A program made the translations under genes and the position numbers. A stretch of DNA of 64,000 nucleotides from Cenococcum geophilum. Lineage: Eukaryota. Each line of letters begins with the position of its first letter. Within the stretch, counting starts at the first letter, position 1. Location: the NCBI GenBank assembly GCA_050273025.1, contig CP158636.1:11222001-11286000 (forward strand). The letters are read 5' to 3'. Positions 13,258 through 25,893 of the stretch are shown one piece after another. The notes under the pieces were generated by a model. The model saw only the letters and a program-made list of their open reading frames with translations. It was not told the DNA's origin and ran no database searches.

Positions 13258-14076
13258 GGGCTCACAGCTCGGCGTGGTCACGGAAAAACTCGGCGTGGTC
13301 ACAAAGTTCAACGTGGTCAGAACCTGTCTAACCACGCTCAACTTCTGACCACGCTGAGCTTTATGCATATGCAGCGCATATACAAACCAAAATATTTATT
13401 TTAATAGAATTTAAAATATTTAATAAATAAAAATTAACGGTTGTATGCCGGGCATATGCGGGGTATATGCAATAATAAAATTAATAAACTAAGTTATTAG
13501 AATATCCTGCATATGTAATGTATAGTCTTAGCATATACAGAGCATATGCTCACTATATACACTCTACCTTTATATTAAAGAGACCTTACTCCTTATATAC
13601 TATCCTCTAAAGTATTGCCTTTATGTTTTATATAAGGTAGGCTATACTATAGTATTCGCTAAGCATATACGTAGCATATGCTAACCGTATGCACTAAATA
13701 TGCTTAGCATATGCATACACCTATAAGAATAAGTCGCGGTAGTAAACTGGCTTGTTTAGTAAGTATGTGCTAAGCATATACGTAGCATATGCCCAGTATA
13801 TTCTCAGCGTATACTTAGCATATGCTTACTAAATAAGCCAGTTTACTACCGCGACTTATTCTTATAGGTGTACGTATATGCTCAGCATATACATCGCATA
13901 TTCAGTGCATACGGTCGCTAAGGTAAATTGTGGCTACTGATGCGCGTTCTGTATGGGCAAAAGTGTGACCACGCCGACCTTTTGCCGGCGGTTCCATCGG
14001 TGACCACGCTCAACTTTCGGCGACCCCATCGGTGACCACGTTCAACTTTTCCGTGACCACGCTCAGCTGCACCCCG
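13258..14076. mobile_element. Non-autonomous TIR transposon, probably Mutator-like, 819 bp, with an internal hairpin
   Basis: 9-bp direct repeat TGCCTGTTC at 13249-13257 and 14077-14085. Imperfect TIRs CAGCT..GCGTGGTCACGGAAAA with repeated CGTGGTCA/TGACCACG subterminal boxes. Internal inverted repeat ~13684-13915; many GCATAT motifs. Confidence 0.8.
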
Positions 14077-14419
14077 TGCCTGTTCCTGTGTCCTAGCGCA
14101 GCTCGGTCGATATTTTGCATCGCTCTTCTACAACCCCCGAACGGTGCTCTCGAGCCGTTTGTGCGATCTTCTTCAATCCACAGCCGATACTTAACAATAA
14201 TTTCACGTGTTTGGTCTCCTTGAACCCAGCAATATTTAGGGTAAATGACGAGGGGAGGCGGTGCTGTCTCCGGAGCGATCCGGTTCTTATGCCATGTACC
14301 GCTTGCAGCCTACTTCTCCCTATCGATAAAGCATTGGATCTTTGTCAAGAAACATGCCGGGATACTTCTAGGACCTCCTTTAAGTTATAAAATACAGGTC
14401 GGGGAATAATTTGCTGGTC

Positions 14420-15700
14420 TATGGGTATGCTCTATAAAGCTCTTGAATCCTATAATATAAGGAAATTACTAACATCTTTAGGGTACCTTCGCTTTTGCTT
14501 GGAACTTTGTTATATGGATACCCACAATTTTGTCTTTAAATCGGTTGCTCCTTTACATAGGAATCGTCGACGCCTTAATAGTTATGGCTCTAATTATTGC
14601 CACGAGTATTAAGACAAGCTATGTTGGTAAGACGAAATACTAATATACCTAAGTCCCACTTAACGGGACGGCTGACTAAAGGCTTATTTTTTTTAAGCGG
14701 GCCAGGGTGATTAATATAACGGACTGGAACTATGGAGAGGAGCTGTGCAGGGAATTTATGGCCATGTTCTACGTTGGAATTGCAATGATGTAAGTATACA
14801 TTTGGCCGTATTTCTATACTTGAGAGTAGTTTGACTAAGGAAGCTTTAGAATTATATACGGCTTTTCTGTATTCTCTAACATTATTATAGGTGCTCTCTT
14901 ATGGCGAGATGAACTACTTAGCTATAGCTGGAGATCTACGACTATAGATCGCGGTTGCTTGAAGAAAATGTTCACCCTCCCCTTTTCTTTTCTATGGGCG
15001 GTTCTTGTAGGTATCTTCTTGTGCCTGTTTTTATGCCTGCTAAAACGGATGCAACGCCCTATCCGCTTCTCTATCTAGTATACTAGCAAATGGGGTTACT
15101 ATAAAAAGGCCTTTGTAAAAATTAAACTTCGCCAGATTCCTAGTTGTATTCCCTATGAGTTGCTTAAGAAGAAAGAGACGGATAGAGCACTTGCTAATGC
15201 TCTGCTCTACGATATTATACTGCTTATTGCCCCTAAAGTTTACTATGTGGATCTCGTTAACTTGAGTATGGTGTTGAAGTGGGTACGCGCTACTATGCGT
15301 TCCTAGCCATTGCCCTAGCTGTAAGGATTAGTTTCTCCTGGGTAGACAAAACGAGGAGTCTATTCCTTATCCATGCGATGTCTGTTATAGTTGTTTTGTT
15401 ATCTGGAGGATAATTATACTAATCCCTTGTTAAGTGCAACGATATAATTAACTACGAGTTAAAAGGAAAAGCCTAAATATGTTTCGCCAAATTGCAATCG
15501 CCGTAAGTTATTGGATATCGCCTAAACGCTTTAGTGTAGTCCTAAGGGAAGAGGTCCTAATACTTATATAGATGCTTTCTAAATGCGCCCTAGTTGTGCC
15601 AGTACTCTTATAAGGTGTTAATAATGTTGGCTTTATTATGTCTACCGTATCTAAATTAGAGTAGGTATTCTTCTGTTAAACCCTTTGGCACGTTAAACTT
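14420..15700 (+). pseudogene. RIP-inactivated gene, TM segments plus an F-box-like motif
   Basis: Introns near 14627-14680 and 14790-14849. Long nearly open frame with hydrophobic segments and LLYDIILLIAPKVYYVDLVNLSMVLKWVR (F-box-like after de-RIP). Stops are mostly TAG/TAA. Confidence 0.5.
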
Positions 15701-17650
15701 TAACTTAATTTTTGGTTTTAAGTAGCTAGTAGGCCGACAGATAAAGCTTATAAGGTATAATTTCGGTATAGGCTTCTTTTGGGCGCTGACTAAAGAGGGA
15801 TTAGCGATAAGAGGCCTAAAGATATTTAGATCAATAAGCGCGTTATAGAAGTTCTGGTAGTTGTTGTTTGTTAGTGACTACCTTAGGTTTACCTTTATAT
15901 CCAGTAAACGCGATATAATGCTCGCTAGGTAAATAAACAATTAAGACCTAATTAGAACTTTTAACTCCTTAATACTAGGTTTTAGAAGGCGTTTTAGCTA
16001 TTTAGTGTGGTCCTGATGACTTAAGCTAGGATTGTTAAAAGCCTCCTTACTTGCGGCGATTAAGCCGTTAATAATGCTTATTTTAAGGGACTTGTTAAGA
16101 AGTCTGGTGAACGGAGAGCTAATAACTTGCTTTATAATGGACTTGAAGCGCTTTAGCTTTCCCTATAGCCTGTCTTGCCACTAAAGCTGTTATATGGGAT
16201 TTTCGCTTAGAGTAAGGCATCTCGCTTTCTTAATTGGTTTTTGGGAGTGAAGAGTAGGGCTATTTTTAAAGGTAATAAGAGCTCCTCCTTTTGTACTAAT
16301 TATTTGTTAGAGTTATTCCAGATATTTAAAGTTGCGGTCCATAGAAACTTACTAGGCGACACTATTCTCTATAATAATAAGTCCGATCTATAGCGCTATA
16401 TAGACATTTCTAAATGGATACTTCTTAGTATACTGTTTTAAGAAAAAAGGGATATCCTTGTCGGCTTTTGCCTCCTTAACCGCAATAGCAGTCCTAGTCG
16501 TCGCATCTCTGTCTAGAGTATGCTAACTTTGCTATGTAACAGTTTTAGGCCGCTGCGCCTACTTTTACTTCGTTATTATAACGCGCTAACTATCTTCTTG
16601 GCTTTTATTAGCTAAGTTTTTCTTTTTCTTTTACTTCTTCTGGGTAGTAATTATTTGCATGCCGTTGTATTTTGCCTTAGCGATAATTTCTCTAAGCTTA
16701 AGTAGGCCGCATTCAACCATTTCTAGCTTGTCGGCTTTGTAGTATTTATTATCTTTACTTACTGGAAATAGAATTAAGCCTTTTCCCTAGGAGTTGTAAT
16801 ACGGTACGTCTTTATATATATAGATCTTCTAGCTAATAGGAGGAGTGATGACCTTATTAAGGATGTAATACTTATATATCTTTGTAAACTTTAGCTTTCT
16901 AAGGAACTTTTTATAGTAGCAATCTTCGTATATTTGCTTTATAGATATATACCTTTAGCCCTTTTCTATTAAATTTTTACAGTATATACTACCCTAGATG
17001 ATGCTCCTGTAAGATAAGCACTGTAGGGAAGTTAGGATAGGTATTCTGGTCTTACTATACGTGTTAAGTTACAACTAAGGCACAGTAAGTCTCTTTTAGA
17101 AAGATAGCTTATTTAGTAGAGAATAATACTTAACTAGCTTCTTAATATCTAGTAATCTAATTGCTTAAAGTAGTATCCTAGTTTAACAACGTAGCGGCGA
17201 CTTAAATTCTTGGTCCTTAATGGCCTGTTAAATTGCCGCTTTAAGCTGCGAACTCTTCTATTCCGTAGCTATATATTGCGCACTTTACTCTAGGGCCTGG
17301 ATATAGTCTTATTTAGCGCTTGGATTAACTTAATCTTTTAGTTTTATAACCTGATTAGCAAATTTATAGCTTTCTTCGCTAACTTGGTCGATGAACGTGT
17401 TAAAGCTATAGACAAAATTATTGGATTTGTCTGCTAAGGTAATATAACTAAATTTATATGGCTGCTAGGTTCTAAGCGTAAAGAGGACAGATTTAAGTTT
17501 ATACTTAACGCTAGTCTAGTATAACCGTTCTAGTTCAGCGAGGAGATGTTCTTTTACTTCGCTAATAAGAGTTTATGGTCTGTCCTCGGAATTGGTAATA
17601 TTACTAGATGATAACGCCCTGCCGCTACCAGATAGGCGGATAAGAGGTAG
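15700..17650 (-). pseudogene. RIP-inactivated conserved fungal hypothetical protein gene
   Basis: Minus-strand frame reads DIPFFLKQYTKKYPFRNVYIAL*IGLIIIENSVA | intron | TKGGALIT... and FKSIIKQVISSPF, resembling a fungal family with KYPFGNVHMAL...ENGV...GGALI (recalled, not searched). Confidence 0.6.
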
Positions 17651-17882
17651 GAGAGGAGCTCTTATTATTGTTTATACTACTTTAAATTATAGGGAAATTG
17701 TTAGAAAGATTTTAGAGGATCTTATAAACTCTATATTAAAACCAAAATTAGGGTGGTTGACTACCTTAGGTTAGTAAAGATTAAGCTATAGCTATATAAA
17801 GAACCGAAATCTAGATTAAAATTAAAATTCTTAAGCCGATCTATTATAATAAATTTATTACCAACTATAATGCTACCTTGTT

Positions 17883-18086
17883 AACCGTGATTTGTTTATA
17901 GAAGCCTGTTATAGGTTGGGCATAAGGTAGAGTACGCTAAACGCAGGGTAACGGGGCTGTGCTATGCACTGCCACACTGCCTCATCAACCGTAATTTGTT
18001 TATAGAAGCCTGTCGTGGGTTGGTATAAGGCAGAGTACGCTAAGCGCAAGGCAACGAGGCTGTGATGTGCACTGCCACACTGCCTC
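17883..18086. repeat. ~100-bp tandem duplication (17883-17983, 17987-18086) between two divergent pseudogenes
   Basis: Both copies run aaccgt.atttgtttatagaagcctgt...gcactgccacactgcctc. Confidence 0.9.
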
Positions 18087-18761
18087 TTTTCAGGCATGCT
18101 CTTCTATGAGCGACCGCTCCTTTTCGCTGTACGGCGGCATCGAAATACAAGTAGCACACCTGTTATGGTCCGTTAATTGCATAGACGCGTGCTGAGTTTT
18201 GTGGCTTTGACGGGGGTGGCCTTTAGATCTTCTCTGGTATCTGCCCTTTGAGCTCTTAGCCTGGTCTAAGTGTTGTTTCTAGATATCTCTAGAATCCCAA
18301 CTCTATACAATAGCTTGAAGTATTAGGACTTTAGTCCTTCGGACGCTAAAGAAAACATGGTTTTATTAAGCGGCTATGGTTAGCGCTGGCTTTACTAATG
18401 GAGTAGATAAGCCGTTTAGGATTAAAAGTGTAACGGAATTCCCCACAAGGTACATATCAGATGAGACAGAAGGAGGTCTCATCTATGTTCCATCTACGTC
18501 CCAGAAGACACGGTCAGACAGATAAGGGGCAAAGGGTTTTGCTAGCATCTTAGAAAGATCATATAGGGAGCTGGTTCTCCTCTAGAGAAGAACCAGCGAT
18601 TAGTCTCTGAATAGAAGTGGTCAGAAGCATTTGTCATTCAATACGTGAAACTTGTTCTACCTTCAACTTACCTTCGACTTACCTTCTACTTACCGGTGAC
18701 ACTGTCGATTAGATAATCATACGTTCCGGTTAGGCTGGCCTCTTACAAAAAGACGAGAGGA

Positions 18762-20290
18762 TTGGCATGGGCATCGCCGCAGCGTACTATTAATATCTAT
18801 ATTTTGGCCTTTGGAACAGCTGCTATATCTAAAGAAAATCTAAAAATACCTAATCCGAGTCTATTTCACTTCGCGTCTGAAGATTTAGAAATTAATAATA
18901 TAAGGCTTCCTACTATTACCGAATGCTCTGTTTATTTAGAGCTCCTTAAGGCGTTTTATTATATCCGTCTTAAGGTTTTATCTTTAACTATATTGGATAC
19001 TGTCCTTGGCATTAAGCTAGAGCCGCGGATGGTATATTAAAAAAAATACCTAGGCTATTGCCGCGGTTATTTATAATAAAAGGTTAAGTTATAAGACGAA
19101 ACGTTTTAGGAGCGAAGAAAGATAAAATGGCCTTTTTACTTAGCCCTTACTGCTATACGGTTTCTTTACTAGGCTTAGGTAGTGGAGAAGGAGCTAGATA
19201 AGCCAACGGCTTTAAAAGGTAACTTGCTCTATTTACCTCTAATAGGTAAGTTAAATTATAATATTGTGAGAGTTGTATACTAATACAATATAGATATTTT
19301 AATAGTTTGGTATGCGTTACTACTAAACCTAAGATAGTTCCGATTATTTAAAGCGATGCCCTTAAAGAACTTATATATAACTCCGTTCCTATAAAATAAA
19401 ATTATATATAGTGTTCCTAAATATCTTCCTAAAAAAGAAGCTAGAAAGAACTATTTAATATTAAGTCTTAGGTAGTATAAGGTAATTAACGCTAATAAGA
19501 AGAACTGGCCCTATAATCTGCTAGGAAAGTTTATTACCTAGTTTTTAGAAAATACTAGTCTAGAGCCCAATCTCTTTAAATTCTTAGTGGAAATAAATAA
19601 GTTAATAAAATTTAATAGCTTTTAAAACGAAAAGGTGCCCCTAGTTATTAGAACAATACGTACTAAGGCCTTGCTATTATAGACGTTAATATAGTACTAA
19701 GACGTCTAGCAGATTTAGATTAACTAGAGATTATATTCCTTATATATTGCCGCGAGGCCGTTAATAAGAGCATGACCGTTACGAAGCTCGTTAATACTGT
19801 TTAGTAATAGGCTTTATTTATTAATAAAATAGAGAAGCAGCTCTAGATCCACAGTCCCGCCGTTAAAGAGACGCTTTGCTGTGTAATAGATCGCTACAGT
19901 AAATTCTTAAAGCTCTTTAAGTTTTATTTAAAGACGATACTTGTGCCGACGCTAGATATTAATCTAGTGTGGCATATATACTAATATTCTCCCTCTTAAT
20001 ATAAGGTGGGAATAATAAAGATAGCTAGGCGATTGATTAACTATAATAATAAGCTTAGGAAAAGAATACTTAATACTAGGTTTATAAGAACTAAGGACTT
20101 ATATTATATTCGATTTGCCTAGGACTATTAAGTTTGTAATTGCTGGGACTATAAGGCGTTACTCTCTGCTATTAGTACCTAGAGCTTAAAAATTTAAATA
20201 GAAAATAGGGCAATAGCGTGTAATATGTATGAGAACATAGCTTACTACTATACAGTCAAGATAGCGAGGTGAAAGAGGTATACTTAATTA
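18762..20290 (+). pseudogene. RIP-inactivated DUF1399 / glycine-rich-domain (GRDP-like) protein gene
   Basis: LPTITECSVYLELLKAF; LPLI|intron|DILIVWYALLLNL; ILVPTLDINLVWHIY* near 19938-19983 (family motif VPTLDIDLVWHTHQ); RLINYNNK (= IDHDDK); terminal VCNCWDY. Confidence 0.85.
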
Positions 20291-20479
20291 CTAATTCGCA
20301 TCTAGAACGCGGAAGATAAGATATTTATTACTTACTAGCCCTTATCTTATCCTTTCTCCTACTTATTTAGGTAGCTTTAGACTTTAAAGACCACCCCGTT
20401 TAGCTATTTAAGCAACCGCTTTCAATCTACCAGATTCTGTCTTAATAGGCTATTTTGTTATATACTGCTAGCCTATAGA

Positions 20480-22249
20480 AGATAAGGCCTAATAAGTCCT
20501 CTACTATTATTCTTTAAGCATTAACTAAGGGTCTAGGAAGAGATAAAGTTGTACCTTCTATGTTTAAAGGAGGAGGATTAATCTTTAAGATAATAATAAA
20601 GCTAATATACTAGAGTTCGGGTACTAGCAACGGCCAGCCTAAACAATTATCCCTATTTGTATTTATTCCATTCTAGTCTAAATTATTTATAGGCTCTAAT
20701 AGCCTAACTAAGCTATATAATTTTATAAGAGATTAAATATATCCTTTATTAGCACGCGTGATAAGATTAAATTTGTTTATAATATTAAGGACTTAAGCGT
20801 ATAATATTAGCTTATTAAGAGTTGCCCTATTTTTTAAGATAGATACTTTATAACCGGAGGGCTACTAAAAGTAATGTAGGAAAATGTGATATTAGTGACT
20901 AAATAGTGTTATAAACTATAAAACTAAGGAGCCTAGGATCTATATATAACTTATAAGTAGCTATAAATTTCGTTTAAAAGGATAGATAGAGAAGAGATGT
21001 AACAGCGCCGCCGGCTAAGTGACCCGTAAAGAGTATATTTAATCTTAGGTTTTATTTTAAGTGATTTTTAATTTAGGTAGATAGCGGCCTTATTAGTTTT
21101 ACTATAAAGTTAAGGAAACCGGTATATGCGTAAAGTGTGATGTTAGGGGTCTCTAAAATACCATCTACTTTAATATCTTTCTATATGTGAACTTAAGTAT
21201 AGCTATATTAAACCTTATAGGGTAAACTTATAAGTAAGACATCCGCGTCTCTAGGTTCGCTATAGAAGTTGACTATATAGTTAACTTTACTTGCAGTACC
21301 GCGTACGGTGATAACTAAATATAAAGTAGATTTGGTGCTGGATTGTGGTTGCTAGGGTGGAGTAAATATCGTATATATTGTCGCCTTAATGCTGCCATTT
21401 ATAGAGCTTAGAAGAGAAAAGTTAAGCCTATATTTAGTCCTATCTGGTTAGCCTGGCTAATTCGCTGTATTCGGCTTATAGGCTTTCTTAGCGTAGTTCT
21501 AAGCAGGGCCTATTACTTTAGCTTTAGTATAGTTGCTGTTTGTAATTAGCTATACGTTCCGACTATAAGAGATTTATACCTACTTACTATTTCTATTACT
21601 CCGTAGACCGGCAGAATGCTAGAGAAGAGTTGGCGTATTTAGTAACTTTAGAATTAAGGCGTTTAAGTTTAGTTGTTAGCTGGGTACGGAGATCGTCTAT
21701 ATATAGTTATTCTTATACTCTAAAGACAAAAAGGAAGTAGAATAAGAAGTTAATACCTTTAAAATTTATCTGGTCTAGAGTAGCATCTAACCCTACTAAT
21801 AGCTTAGAGGCCGCTTAAGACGCGCCTGTTAAGTTATCTATAGCGGTAAAGCTGGAAGTTGGTAGTGTGGCTGATCCGTTCAGCCCTAACTATACCAATA
21901 CTTAAAGGTGTTTATTTTTGATAGCGCTAAAGATGCGTTTTATATTTGAGAATTACGTCTCTTACTACTCTGATATTCTCGGATTAATTTAAGGGTCTGT
22001 AATAGTAAACTGCGCATTAGGCTGCAACTATCTATCTACTAGCCTAAAGTTTGTTCTACGTGAGGCGTACGGTATATCTAAAACGATAATTGTGTATAAA
22101 ATTTGGTACACCTACGACTTTTGTTTCTACCTAAATTCCTAGCAAAATTAAAATTACTATACTAATGTTACTTTGGAATATGGCCGTGTGCCTTATATAG
22201 GGTGTTTAATTGAAATTTTAGATAAGTGGTAGATAGAGAATATAGACAT
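20480..22249 (-). pseudogene. RIP-inactivated class-3 lipase gene
   Basis: Minus strand: VITVRGTASKVNYIVNF; ILFTGHLAGGAVTSLLY at ~20990-21036 (GHSAGG with TCA->TTA); YITFSSPPV; INKFNLITRANKGYI. Several introns. Confidence 0.85.
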
Positions 22250-22362
22250 AGGGCTTAAATGCCGCTTTAATTGTATATATAGAGCCAGTGTAAATATAGA
22301 ACGGGTTAAGCTGTATAAGCAAGCTTACGGGTGATGGTACGGTAATGAAAGTGATCTGGCGC

Positions 22363-25300
22363 TAGGTATCGGAGGTCTAGGTTAGGCTTGGCATAACCTC
22401 GGGTTACGCACGACCCCCTAAGGTCCGCGACATATCGTCCAAATATCACCCCCCCCTTTTAGTGGTGGCCCCTACTTTTTGGACGCGTTTTTGAGGCCTA
22501 GGTTAGTACTAGGTTAGTATAGAGGACCTCGTCGCGCGCCTTTGACCTTATTGTCGCCTCAACAATCTATTTTTTGACCCTCTTCCTGTTCTCGTGCCCG
22601 CGCTGGCTCCTGGCTTATGTAGGGCTTCTGGTTTTATATAGAACGGCCTATTATAATTCTAATTCTATAATATAGAGCTCTCTTCTTCTCCTTCTCTATT
22701 AATATTTACGCGTTTAGTGGCTTTATTTACCTATACCCACGCCACGCTTACGCGTCTTCCCCCTAACCTCTTACAAAGATGGAGTCTTTTAAAAATCTTC
22801 TTACCCTATAGTCTACTTTGCAGTTAAAGGAAGCCCCCCTAGCCTCCTCCTTTCCCTCCTCCTATAGCCTCTAGAACGAATTTAAGGCCTAAACGGCACG
22901 GCTATATAATATTTATAAGGCCTAGCGCTTAAAGAATACTACAAGGATGTACGAGCTAAAGTAGAAAGAGTGGGAAGACTAGTATATAAGACTAGAAGGC
23001 AATATAGATAGCGCCTAGGTAATAAAAGATAAGCTTTACCTATTTTTAAAGCAGTAAGTTATTAACTGAGAATTATAGGCTGCTAGCTATTAAAAACGGA
23101 AGTTAAAATGGAAAGAGATATGGAAAGATAGTAAGCGGGCGAAGAAGAGGTAAAAGACGGTTAAGCGGGTAGGGTAGCTAGAGGGGAAGTTAGCTATAGG
23201 GGTAGCTATAGGGGCAGCTATAGGTATAGGGGAGGAAGCTATAAAGGAGGAAGGGAAGATATAGGATAAGGAGGCCCTAGACGCCTTATTTAACGAGATA
23301 GTCTAATACTTAGTTATAAATAGCTATATCTCCGCTATTACTGAGCTTTACGTATAGTAGTTAGAAGGTAAAACCTTACAGCCGCTATAGGGGGTGAAGC
23401 TCTTAGTAGTACTAGATAGCGTCCGCCATAATAAGGACTAGATTTAACGCGTTAACTTTATTAATTAAGGCCTATTTATAATTACTAGCGGCTATAACAT
23501 TAAAGGGCTTAAAAAGGTAATTACTTAGTGCTAGGAGACGGGCTCTAAGATATTAGGTTTAGTTAAATCTTACCTTTAAACTGCAGCTAAGTATTTATTA
23601 GGTTTATATATACCCTACCTAGTCTATATAGCTACCGTTTTCTAACCCATTCCTTAGGCTATACTACTATTACCTATAGTAAAAGTAGATAAGATATTTA
23701 GCTTACTAACCTTATTCTTATTAAACTAGAGAATAAAGGGCCTAAACTAAATAAGTTAGCGCTGTATATAATTATATTAATAATATAAGGGAAGTAGAAT
23801 TAGTATAGTAAGGTTAAGTATATAGGCTGTATATAGAACGCTAACCCTATCCTCTAACCCCTCTCTATAGTAGCCTTCTACTTCTTTAACTACTAGGGTA
23901 AAGACGGCGCTAAGAGCTTCCTATCCTTTTAGCAGCTGGAGGACTACTATAACCTATATATCTTCCCTAGTAGTATTAAAGTACTATAATGGCCGCTAAG
24001 CTATTATATGTAGTTTAAATAGAATAAAAAGATATTCTAAGGGGTAGGAATTTACTTAAAGGAGAAAACCTATAGTGCCTATAAGTAGAGTGTTCGGTAT
24101 ACTAAGCTTAGCAGCGTTAAGGAGACCTAAATTAGATAGGCTGGACGCTAGAATATAAACGCGATAATAGAAGCCTACCTTAGCTACCTACCCTATATAT
24201 TTATGCGGTTAATTACCGGCTTCCTAAAGGAAGGAAAGGGCTACTTTCTCCCCCACGTACGGGAGGTGCTAGAGGAGGCCCTCTATTTAAAGATATGGCC
24301 TAAGACTAATATTTAGCTAAAACGTATAGAGGCCTACTACCTAGGTAGGGCTAATAATAAAGTTATACGGCTTAACCTTACGGGCTTAGGATTTCTACGC
24401 CTCTTTTATACGCTTAGGGTAATCCTATTATAGGACTTAGTAATCCTATATAAGTAGTTCCCGCTTTACCCCCTATAGAAAAACCCCTTTTTTAGCTGTG
24501 AGGAGTACCGGAGGTTTATTATATAGGTAGAAAGCTTACTAGCTAACGTAGTTACGCTAAATAAGCTAATAATATAGAAATACTAGCCCGCCTATAAGGC
24601 TATAGCTAAGCTAAGATATAAAGCTATAATCTCTAAGATAAAGGGGGTTTAATTATATATATAAATGATTTTAGAGCGCCTTAGTAAAATAGAAAGGTTA
24701 TTAGCATTATTCGCACTTATATAGATCTAGTAAGGGAAGACAGGTATCTAGATAGGGCCTATAGAGTCTATATATCCACCTTTAGGCGAGCCCACACCGT
24801 CTACTATAATGTCTACTATATCCGCGCCGCCTACTTAGCCGTCTATAATATCCGTACTGCCCGCTTAGCCGCTATCTATAATATCTATACCGTCCGCTTA
24901 GCCGTCTATAATATCTACACCGTTTACTTAGCCGTCTACTATATCCGTATTATCCCTACTAGCGCAAGTATAAGCTAATACTTAACTATCTCTCCTATTT
25001 ATCCTTAACCTATAGGCGCCGCTAAAGAAATATAAAATGCTTTAAGGCGGTAATTTAGTCTTCTAACTCTAGACTAAGTAGACTTTAGGGCTAGTAGGTA
25101 AGCCGTTAATTAAAGCTCTTAATCGCTACTAGGGGGCACGCTAGCGGGTTAACGGCGAGGCTATATTCTACAGCTATCGCCGTAGGATAATTAAGGATGT
25201 AAGATAGCGCGTAAAAGATGGTATAGTAAGAGATAAGAGATAGGTTATTAACCAGCTAAAACAGCTATAAGGTTGGCGTTCTTTAGATTAGCTTTATAAA

Positions 25301-25893
25301 AATATTTAAATAGTTATTTTACTGTAGTAACTAAGACGCCTTAATATATAACTGCACTACAGTGACTAAGACGCCTCTATATATAATTACACTATAGTAA
25401 CCAAAACGCCTTAATATACGACTATACTGCAGTAACTAAGATGTCTTAATATAGGACTGTACTAGTAACCAAGACGTCTTAATATAAAACTGCACTGTAG
25501 TAACTAAGACGCCTTAATATATAACTGCACTATAGTGACCGAAACGTCTTAATATAGGACTGCACTGTATTAACCAAGACGCCTTAATATAGAACTATAC
25601 TATAGTAACTAAGACGTCTTAATATAGGACTATACTATAGTAACTAAGACGCCTTAATATAGGAATAGAGCCTATTTAAGTGTTGTAAATTTAGAGTAAT
25701 ATTACGTGACCGTCTAGAAGTACCGATTTAACACAAATTATATACCTTTTCGCCTAAAATCGCGTATAAAAGTACTTAGGGGCGGTTGCTGTGTAACCTT
25801 ATATAGGGTTTAGGCGCGTTATTAGTAGGGGTAGCCCTAACCTCGTATTAACCCGGGTTATAACCGCACTAAATTAGCCCCCCTAATATGTAA
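22363..25893 (+). mobile_element. Crypton (CryptonF-like) tyrosine-recombinase transposon, unit 1 of 3, RIP-inactivated. ORF ~22779-25308 with an intron ~23602-23657
   Basis: De-RIPed cross-copy consensus: KNTTRAYE.KQKEWEDWC; KT(H)SARKQ...IRRAGR(W)NTDA(M)TGAYLSYLP (YR HxxR...W...Y, NDC10-II-like) at ~24064-24192; C-terminal GCR1_C-like FQLWTEWTLGLAGG.SIEALDR.WGARWR..AMFYSRRR at ~25055-25190. No TIR or LTR. Confidence 0.9.
25321..25665. repeat. 35-bp tandem array downstream of the Crypton ORF (10 copies; also ~28878-29223 x10 and ~32405-32714 x9)
   Basis: Unit actatagtaactaagacgccttaatatataactgc and transition variants, no spacers. Confidence 0.92.

Noticed and set aside
22779..25308. Starship captain (DUF3435) or domesticated NDC10/GCR1 gene
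   Set aside because: YR plus GCR1_C architecture in a 3.5-kb repeated unit fits Crypton; all copies are RIP-inactivated.
25321..25665. CRISPR-like appearance of the 35-bp arrays
   Set aside because: Contiguous tandem units with no unique spacers, eukaryotic context, no cas genes.
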